A DNA stretch of 64,000 nucleotides. It comes from an uncultured Bacteroidota bacterium. GTDB lineage: Bacteria; Bacteroidota; Ignavibacteria; Kryptoniales; JAKASW01. Below, piece after piece: positions 30,757 to 37,268 of this stretch (position 1 is the first letter of the stretch; every line of letters starts with the position of its first letter). The DNA lies in the NCBI GenBank assembly GCA_963704305.1, contig OY969888.1, positions 859,168-923,167 of the forward strand, read 5' to 3'. Position numbers and translations under genes: made by a program. The notes beneath the pieces were generated by a model. It saw nothing but the letters and a program-made list of their open reading frames with translations, was not told where the DNA came from and ran no database searches.

Positions 30757-32080
30757 ATGGAATATCCATGTTCTGGATCAGAAATCTATGTTTCCCTCGC
30801 TGTGTCAGCGGAATATTTTCGACCGCCTCCATGTCCAGCAAAATGTCGTCCCCCAATTTCACCATTAATCTCTTTCGAATATCGTTCCGGTCGTCGTCGC
30901 TCAACTTATCTTTCGGTATATAACGAAAGGTAACACGACCTTTCTCTTCCTGATAAAATTGGAACTGATTGAGATGATCAAAAATGTCATCATGCATATT
31001 GATGGCAGTCATTGAAATATACCTGCCCGCTCTGGTAACTATAAACTCTTGAAGTCTCCCTTCAATCCGATCCCATATTTGATACGGGCGTCCACAAGAA
31101 GAACATGCCCAACTTTTAAACACTGCGTAATCACGGGTCCTATACCGAATAAACGGCGTTGCATGCATGATGAATGAAGTGGCAACTATCTCTCCCATTT
31201 GCCCCAGCTTTGTAACGGGTTGCCCGTCCGGACTCAGTAACTCAGCATACCCATACTGAGGAAGCACATGGTATGTGTCATCGTATTCGCAAAATCCTGC
31301 CAGGACTGCAAGTTCATAGTGTCCATAGTGGCTGAACACACGAGCTCCAAAAACTTCTTTGAGCAAATCCTTCTGGTAGTCGTACAAGTTCTCGGATGCA
31401 CAAAGGATCCCTTTGATCTCCGGGAAATCCCTCTTGGTTTCTCTTAAGAACCGGGCAAATAAGTATCCTGAAGAGGGATAACACCTGACAAATTCCGGCA
31501 TAAATTTAAAAGCCTTCCTCCGAAACACTTCCATCGACTCTGGCGTCAAGTGGTAGGACGAGCATCGCATCTCGTTGAAACGGGGATAGAATTGCATACG
31601 TCTCTCATTGATGATCGGTATGCCTCTGAATACCAGCTGCCTCATCCCCTCCTTCCAGCCGACCCTGTAGTATTGATGCGCCTTCGACGCAAGCTCCCTT
31701 GAAAACGCTACCTTATCCTGGTAAAAACCAAACGGGATACCTGTACTTCCCCCGGTGGTAACGTACCGACTTCCACGACTTTTTAACGAAAAGGCATCCA
31801 GTGAATCTCTAATCATTTCCTTTTCTACCAGAGGAAACTTCCTGAGGTCCTCCGGTTCGCTGATCATCTGAGGTGTCACGCCATATTTGTCATACAAGCG
31901 ACGATAACCCTTGGTATTCCTGTACGCGTAGTCGACAATCCTTTTGATCTCAGACAGTTGGTATTGAACAATTTCCCCTGAGGACCAATTCTCCGCTTCT
32001 CTCAGGAAGTTAACCCACTGGATATACCATTTGTTCCTTAGGTCGGCATGAACTCTCATGTCCTGCCCGGTCCCGGTCAC
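30743..32080 (-). CDS. CapK-like adenylate-forming enzyme (phenylacetate-CoA ligase / F390 synthetase family)
   Basis: 'TTGGSTGIPFGF' AMP-binding core motif, about 445 aa, capsule-locus context. Confidence 0.8.
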   Translation of the reverse strand: MTGTGQDMRVHADLRNKWYIQWVNFLREAENWSSGEIVQYQLSEIKRIVDYAYRNTKGYRRLYDKYGVTPQMISEPEDLRKFPLVEKEMIRDSLDAFSLKSRGSRYVTTGGSTGIPFGFYQDKVAFSRELASKAHQYYRVGWKEGMRQLVFRGIPIINERRMQFYPRFNEMRCSSYHLTPESMEVFRRKAFKFMPEFVRCYPSSGYLFARFLRETKRDFPEIKGILCASENLYDYQKDLLKEVFGARVFSHYGHYELAVLAGFCEYDDTYHVLPQYGYAELLSPDGQPVTKLGQMGEIVATSFIMHATPFIRYRTRDYAVFKSWACSSCGRPYQIWDRIEGRLQEFIVTRAGRYISMTAINMHDDIFDHLNQFQFYQEEKGRVTFRYIPKDKLSDDDRNDIRKRLMVKLGDDILLDMEAVENIPLTQRGKHRFLIQNMDIPFGDN

Positions 32081-33075
32081 TTTTCAGTCGGCACGTATGA
32101 CATGGTCTTATTCTTCACCTGCTTTGCAACCCAGGAATAAGTAATAGTTAACCCATCAGTCAATTTCATAGATGGCGACCAACCCAGCTTATCCCTAATT
32201 AACCTGTTGTCTGAATTCCTGCCTCTAACACCTAGAGGTCCGGCGACATGATTTATTAATAACTTTTTCCCCGCGATGTTTATCACGATTTCAGCAAGTT
32301 GATCAATAGTTACCATTTCCTCCGAGCCGATGTTGACGGGCCCGATGAAATCCGATTCCATAAGCCGCCTGATCGCTTCCAGGCATTCGTTAACATACAA
32401 GAAAGAGCGTGTTTGTTTTCCGTCGCCCCATATTTCTATTTCTCCGCCGTCCTGCGCCTCTGCGACCTTTCTGCAAACTGCAGCAGGCGCTTTCTCTCGC
32501 CCGCCGACCCATGTCCCTTCCGGTCCAAATATATTATGAAACCTTGCTATCCGGACATTAAGTCCGTAGTTCCTGTGAAACGCCAAGTAAACATGCTCGC
32601 TGAACAATTTTTCCCAACCATATTCACTGTCTGGAGCAGCGGGGTACGCTGAATCTTCAGAGCACTTTGGGTTGTCGGGATCTTCCTGGTTATAGGCAGG
32701 GTACATGCAAGCAGAAGATGAGTAGAAGATCTTCTTCACCTTCACTCTGTTTGCTGCTTCAGCCATGTTTAAATTGATCATCGCAGAATTATGTATAATG
32801 TCGGCGTCGTTCTCCCCTGTGAAGACGAATCCTGCGCCGCCCATATCGGCTGCAAGCTGGTACACCTCATCAAAAGGCTGGTCAGTGATATTACGACAAA
32901 CAACTGGGTCCCTCAGATCTCCGATCACAAAATCATCTGCAACCGTGTTTGAAAACTCTGGATACTTGAGGTCGAGCCCTCTGACCCAGAAGCCTTGACC
33001 TTTTAATTTTTTTACTAAGTGGCTTCCAATGAAACCGCCGGCGCCGCATACTAGTGCCGTTTCCTTTATTGACAT
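32077..33075 (-). CDS. SDR-family NAD-dependent epimerase (GDP-mannose 3,5-epimerase-like)
   Basis: 'ALVCGAGGFIGSHLVKKLKGQGFWVRGLD', 'YGWEKLFSE' (YxxxK) and 'DFVIGDLRD'. Confidence 0.8.
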   Translation of the reverse strand: MSIKETALVCGAGGFIGSHLVKKLKGQGFWVRGLDLKYPEFSNTVADDFVIGDLRDPVVCRNITDQPFDEVYQLAADMGGAGFVFTGENDADIIHNSAMINLNMAEAANRVKVKKIFYSSSACMYPAYNQEDPDNPKCSEDSAYPAAPDSEYGWEKLFSEHVYLAFHRNYGLNVRIARFHNIFGPEGTWVGGREKAPAAVCRKVAEAQDGGEIEIWGDGKQTRSFLYVNECLEAIRRLMESDFIGPVNIGSEEMVTIDQLAEIVINIAGKKLLINHVAGPLGVRGRNSDNRLIRDKLGWSPSMKLTDGLTITYSWVAKQVKNKTMSYVPTEK

Positions 33076-33100
33076 AAGTTACTCCTGAGTGTTTGTATTA

Positions 33101-33220
33101 AGTTAGTGATCGGTGAGGATAGCTCTTAGCTGATAGCTCATGGCTGATAGAAACAGTGAACAGTAATCAGTGATCTGTGATCGGTGAACAGTGAAGGGTG
33201 ATCTGTGATCTGTGACTGGA
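33101..33220. repeat. Heptanucleotide-periodic repeat tract (AGCTSAT units then CNGTGAW units)
   Basis: 33121-33148 reads AGCTCTT AGCTGAT AGCTCAT GGCTGAT. 33154-33216 reads CAGTGAA CAGTAAT CAGTGAT CTGTGAT CGGTGAA CAGTGAA GGGTGAT CTGTGAT CTGTGAC. Confidence 0.85.
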
Positions 33221-33222
33221 GT

Positions 33223-33708
33223 TCACTTTCTTTTGTTTTGCACCTTCGTCAGAAATTCCAGGTCATCAATGTCTTTGTGCCTTCCGAGAGCTTTCTTGTT
33301 CTTAACCAATTCATCAAGCCCGATGTAATAGATCGGCACCTCCATGCCCTGAAATGAAAACCTCTCATCCACCCTGTTTTCCCAAGCCTCCTTGAATCTG
33401 ACACCTTCAATTTCATTTATCAAATCTATCCTGTTGGGAGGCACGCCAAATTGAAAAATCATGCCGTCCTGCATCAGTTCGTCCTTGTTAGCCATACCTG
33501 GTATATCGTTCAGCCAAAACTGACTCAGAGCAGCATATAGCCGACTAACGTTTTCCTCAGACCCTTCATAAAAAATGTCAATATCTCCGGTCAATCTTGC
33601 GTGCCCGTAGTAGATGACAGCCTCACCTCCGACGATCACGTACCGCACTTCGCGGCTTGACAAAACCGAAAGGAACTCGGACACATCTTCGGAAAAAGGA
33701 ACTTTCAC
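33223..33708 (-). CDS. Small nucleotidyltransferase-fold protein (DUF6036-like; putative toxin/antitoxin-type module component)
   Basis: 'VRYVIVGGEAVIYYGHARLTGDIDIFY' is the G-x-..-D-x-D minimal NTase signature. 161 aa. Confidence 0.65.
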   Translation of the reverse strand: MKVPFSEDVSEFLSVLSSREVRYVIVGGEAVIYYGHARLTGDIDIFYEGSEENVSRLYAALSQFWLNDIPGMANKDELMQDGMIFQFGVPPNRIDLINEIEGVRFKEAWENRVDERFSFQGMEVPIYYIGLDELVKNKKALGRHKDIDDLEFLTKVQNKRK

Positions 33709-33896
33709 TTGTCCAACCGGAGTCGCTTACCGAATGCCCTGCTCTCGCGAACATCGGGATTATCGATCCCGAAGAAACGTTCCTTTAGGGCCTTGGCAAT
33801 TTCATGACGCTGGTCGCAGGTCATCTCTATCTGCTGCAGAAGATCCCAATCCTCCGCTTCCTTGTGCGTCCTGGCTTTGTTGACTATGCGGTCCAT
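33705..33896 (-). CDS. Small partner protein of the NTase-fold gene (63 aa)
   Basis: 4-nt overlap with the downstream NTase start (33705-33708). The charged helical sequence 'KEAEDWDLLQQIEMTCDQRHEIAKALKERFFG' is typical of small TA-type partners. Confidence 0.5.
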   Translation of the reverse strand: MDRIVNKARTHKEAEDWDLLQQIEMTCDQRHEIAKALKERFFGIDNPDVRESRAFGKRLRLDK

Positions 33897-33904
33897 CGTT
33901 GGGT

Positions 33905-34212
33905 TAGCTCGTAGCGGATAAAAGCAGTGAAAAGTGATTGATAATCAATGAACAATGATCAGTGATCAGTGAATGGTGATCGGTCCCGCCTTGCGGCATC
34001 CCGTAAATCCATTTTGAATAATGATGAACGGGATAAATAATTTTGACGGGATAATCAGTGAGCAGTATGAATAGCTTATAGCAACTTAGCTCATAGCTGA
34101 TAGGATGCAGGCTTGAAAGCCGGCAAGCGTGGATATCTGATGGCTCATGGCTCATAGCAAGGAGCAGTGTGCAATAATCAATGGACAGTTTGCGGTGAAT
34201 GGTGATATGAGC
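33905..34212. repeat. Heptanucleotide-periodic repeat tracts (GTGAW-type and AGCTSAT/GGCTCAT-type) around a short unique core
   Basis: For example CAGTGAA AAGTGAT TGATAAT CAATGAA CAATGAT CAGTGAT CAGTGAA TGGTGAT (33925-33980), AGCTCAT AGCTGAT (34089-34102) and TGGCTCA TGGCTCA (34141-34154). ORF 33904..34155 here is a repeat artefact. Confidence 0.8.
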
Positions 34213-34263
34213 AATTTTAGCGTGTCACCTAATTTGGCTGGAGCCACACATCCGCCTGCTTTC

Positions 34264-34632
34264 TTAAGGACGCCTTACTCCTGCTAGCATCATCCTCATC
34301 GGTTCGAGGGTTCTGCGAAACGGATCGAGCTTCAATCCAAGAATCTCAAGGGTAACCATACCGAGGAGCGATTCATCGCCTTCTTCACCGAGAATTACAG
34401 GAGTGTGCCCCTCTCCGCCAGCAATTCTAATAAAACACTCCGACACATTACGTTTGATCATAGAACCGTCCGCCAAGGTAAAATCCATCGTTCGCTCCGC
34501 AACCAGCCCCATGTTCTTCCAATGTTCCTGTGCAAGGAGTGAGTAGACAGCACCGCTGTCAACCAGAAACCGGACGGATCGTTCCACACCGTTGGGTCCT
34601 CTCACCATTCCATCGATAAAAGTCAATCCCAT
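34264..34632 (-). CDS. Retropepsin-like (clan AA) aspartic protease, stand-alone 122-aa form
   Basis: The 'FLVDSGAVYSLL' active-site D-S-G-A motif and the size match single-domain bacterial/archaeal retropepsin-like proteases. Confidence 0.75.
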   Translation of the reverse strand: MGLTFIDGMVRGPNGVERSVRFLVDSGAVYSLLAQEHWKNMGLVAERTMDFTLADGSMIKRNVSECFIRIAGGEGHTPVILGEEGDESLLGMVTLEILGLKLDPFRRTLEPMRMMLAGVRRP

Positions 34633-34775
34633 GACGCGTCCTCTCCTTCGTAAATCCTGACAGGGTCAAGCGCCTGCAATACCAAATGGACACGAGCTTC
34701 GCATTTGCGCCTCTGCTCCTGCCGGTAGATTTCGCTTCCTAACAATATACGTCGCACTCGTCTCAATTGGTAGAA

Positions 34776-34930
34776 CTGTAATCAGTGATTAGTAAAAGTG
34801 ATCTGTGAACAGTGAACGGTGATCGGCAAGCGGTGAGTAGTAAACAGTAAGCACTAGGCAGCAACCGGTAGACATTATGTTTTATCAAGTGTATTCCCTG
34901 CTGACAGCTCATTGCTAAAAGCTAATCGCC
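34776..34930. repeat. Heptanucleotide-periodic repeat tract
   Basis: CTGTAAT CAGTGAT TAGTAAA AGTGATC TGTGAAC AGTGAAC GGTGATC.., then AGCTCAT TGCTAAA AGCTAAT (34906-34926). Confidence 0.75.
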
Positions 34931-35105
34931 ATTCTTCCTACAGCTTCGCCATCTCACTCCCATTGCGCTTCGAAAAAGTGCTTTGCGCACATAGGAACTG
35001 TGCATCATAGAGCGAATACGCCTCTGGCTCGCGTAGTTAGAGAAATTTTTCTCCGCGAGCTTCACTATCCCGACAATTCGGGAGAGTGTGTCCCCCTCTC
35101 TATGA

Positions 35106-35723
35106 TTATGTTGCGGATGAAGTAAGGTTAACGGCAGTCATGCCTGAACGCGGTTTGCGCGCTGCCGTGCTGCGGCTAATTAGCCTTACTGCACCTGCTG
35201 GTACCTTTATACTAAGTAGTTTGTCCAGCCCATCGACACTGACAACGAAATTCTTGCCATTAACTAACTCGACAACCTTGCCACGCAATCCCATCAAGGG
35301 ACCGGCGACCACTTCTGCTTCGTAACCGGAATAATCACCCTCCAGCACATCGATATCATCAGAATGATACTCAATCAATCTCTTAACATCTTCAATTTGG
35401 TTATCAGGTACAATACTTGGCTTACCATTTGAGCTGACAAATTTTACAAAGCCATCTATTGTGTAAATACTCTGGAACTCGCTCTGCAAAGTTCTCGCAA
35501 AAACATAACATGAAAACAGCGGAGTCTCGATCCACTTTTTCCGATCGCTCCACTGTCTTATTTCTTTTCTCAGGGGAAGATAGGATTCGATACCGCGCTC
35601 GGTCAAATCCAGACAGACGCATTTCTCATGACGGGCTTTGACATAGATTACCCGCCAAACTTTCTTCTCAAAATCTTTAGGACCTTCAGCCCCCCCAGGC
35701 AAGGCGCATTGCAAGTCGTTCAA
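35106..35723 (-). CDS. UpxY-family (NusG-like) transcription antiterminator
   Basis: 'WRVIYVKARHEKCVCLDLTERGIESYLPLRKEIRQWSDRKKWIETPLFSCYVFAR' is an NGN domain. A C-terminal KOW-like 'GLRGKVVELVNGKNFVVSV' follows. It has a TTG start and the exact start is uncertain. Confidence 0.8.
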   Translation of the reverse strand: MNDLQCALPGGAEGPKDFEKKVWRVIYVKARHEKCVCLDLTERGIESYLPLRKEIRQWSDRKKWIETPLFSCYVFARTLQSEFQSIYTIDGFVKFVSSNGKPSIVPDNQIEDVKRLIEYHSDDIDVLEGDYSGYEAEVVAGPLMGLRGKVVELVNGKNFVVSVDGLDKLLSIKVPAGAVRLISRSTAARKPRSGMTAVNLTSSAT

Positions 35724-36154
35724 ACGATATCTCCACTTTAGGTCTACGGTAAAAAAGCGTCGTCACCATCTGCGTTCAACATACAAACAGATTTCTTACG
35801 ACAAAAGGTTCCGCGGACCGTTCCACATTTCATGAGACGATAAGACCTTATCATGGATCATGTTAGATCCCTTCTCGTCTCAAACAACAACGAAAGAATT
35901 GGTTCGGAGGAAATGGCTAGGTGCCAGTGCTCGAAATTAAGAAACTACTCCCGCTCATTAAACCGGGAATTTCCTCCTTCTGTTCGCCCTCTCGGAATAA
36001 AGTTAAGTCTGCCTAAGGAAGAAATCAAGCGTCTGAATTTAAAGTTATGTTAAGAATTTAGGATGTGACAATGTTCACACGCAGAATGCGGCGAAAAATG
36101 ATGGATTTGTATTGGGGCGATGGGGGAAAAGGGATCAGGGAGCAGTTAGGAGGA

Positions 36155-36812
36155 GATTTACAATTGACGATTGCCGATTGATGATTGAACGGTGAAGAGT
36201 GATTTGTGGGAAGGAGAGTTGGGAGGAGAGCTGGGAAGAGATTTGGGAAGAGATTTACGATTGTCAATTGCCGATTGACGAATGAACGGTGAGCAGTTGG
36301 AAGGAGAGTTGGGAGGAGAATTGGGAGGAGATTTACGATTGACAATTGCCAATTGACGAATGAACGGTGAGCAGTTGGAAGGAAAGTTGGGAGGAGAATT
36401 GGGAAGAGATTTACGATTGTCAATTGCCGATTGACGAATGAACGGTGAGCAGTTGGAAGGAAAGTTGTGAGGAGAATTGGGAAGAGATTTACGATTGACA
36501 ATTGAAGATTGACGAATGAACGGTGAGCAGTTGGAAGGAGAGTTGGGAGGAGAATTGGGAGGAGATTTACGATTGACAATTGCCGATTGACGAATGAACG
36601 GTGAGGGGTAGGAAGGAGAGTTGGGAGGAGAGTTGAGGAGAGATTTGCGATTTACAATTGCCAATTGATGATTGAACGTCGAGAGAGCAGTGAACGGTTG
36701 GGAAGAGATTTACGATTGAGGATTGCCAATTGACGAATAAACGGTGAGAGAGCAGTGAACGGTTGGGAAGAGATTTACGATTGACAATTGCCAATTGATG
36801 ATTGAACGATGC
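36155..36812. repeat. Tandem repeat array: 1x97, 5x78, 2x65 bp units plus a 41-bp partial unit
   Basis: The unit start GATTTAC recurs at 36155, 36252, 36330, 36408, 36486, 36564, 36642, 36707 and 36772. The unit is GATTTACGATTGACAATTGCCGATTGACGAATGAACGGTGAGCAGTTGGAAGGAGAGTTGGGAGGAGAATTGGGAGGA, itself built of heptamers. Confidence 0.9.
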
Positions 36813-36877
36813 CCTATGAAAAAGAAAATCCATTTACACGAATTTTCTTACAGACTCGTAAATATTGGAACGGACTC

Positions 36878-37228
36878 TCATCTCCTCTCAGCGGTTTTGT
36901 GTGAGGCCGTAAAAATGGCCAGGAGTTCTTTAGCTTCCGAGATAATTGGCTTTACGACTTGGTCGTTTGCGATTTCAGATTCTAAGATCAACTCGAGCCA
37001 ATAAATAGTCTCACTTGCCTCCTTCTGGACTATCCCGATCTTATGAACGAAGTCCGCCCTCGACTCTCCTCGGGATGCTTCACAATAGTTCGCCCCCACC
37101 GATGTCCCAGACTTCAAGACCTGGTACCCAAGGACATCGGAGACTTTACTCTTTGGAAGTGAGTTGACAAGCTTTATGACGTCAAGCGCGAACGCTTTCG
37201 TCCGCTTCTCCAAATCCTCTCTCTTCAT
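36878..37228 (-). CDS. Four-helix-bundle protein (TIGR02436 / '23S rRNA intervening sequence protein' family)
   Basis: 'LGYQVLKSGTSVGANYCEASRGESRADFVHKIGIVQKEASETIYWLELI' matches the family core (GxQLxRSxxSIGANxxEA .. KE..ET.YWL). Confidence 0.85.
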   Translation of the reverse strand: MKREDLEKRTKAFALDVIKLVNSLPKSKVSDVLGYQVLKSGTSVGANYCEASRGESRADFVHKIGIVQKEASETIYWLELILESEIANDQVVKPIISEAKELLAIFTASHKTAERR

Positions 37229-37235
37229 TAGTCAG

Positions 37236-37266
37236 ATCATCAATTGTCAATCGGCATTTACAAATC
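37236..37266. repeat. Inverted partial copy of the 36155-36812 repeat unit
   Basis: The reverse complement GATTTGTAAATGCCGATTGACAATTGATGAT shares GATTGACAATTG and ATTGATGAT with the terminal unit at 36772-36812. Confidence 0.5.
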
Positions 37267-37268
37267 CT

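Noticed and set aside
34623-34766. 44-47-codon ORF overlapping the retropepsin gene start (ATGGGATTGA)
   Set aside because: It has only TTG/GTG starts, no Shine-Dalgarno and no recognisable motif. It is too weak to call, though it would be worth checking if homologous loci show a conserved partner.
33101-34930. Integron-like cassette array with attC sites
   Set aside because: The cassette-like layout prompted the idea. However, the inter-cassette DNA consists of heptamer tandem tracts, not attC-type imperfect palindromes with RYYYAAC/GTTRRRY cores. No intI integrase is in the window.
35724-36154. Invertible (phase-variable) promoter upstream of the UpxY-like gene, as in Bacteroides capsule loci
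   Set aside because: Only a 7-bp inverted repeat (GAGACGA/TCGTCTC, 35834-35880) was found. There are no long flanking inverted repeats and no nearby recombinase.
36155-36812. Possible CRISPR array (regular about 78-bp periodicity)
   Set aside because: The whole unit is repeated, with no unique spacers between conserved repeats. No cas genes are present and the periodicity changes to 65 bp. It is a plain tandem repeat.
36058-36833. Long minus-strand ORFs 36058..36579, 36158..36664 and 36567..36833 as protein-coding genes
   Set aside because: They are translations of the tandem repeat in different frames (LPTLLPTAHRSFVNRQL.. / SPPNSPSNCSPFIRQS..). They stay open only because the 78-bp unit is a multiple of 3. 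There is no start context, and the 65-bp units break the frame.
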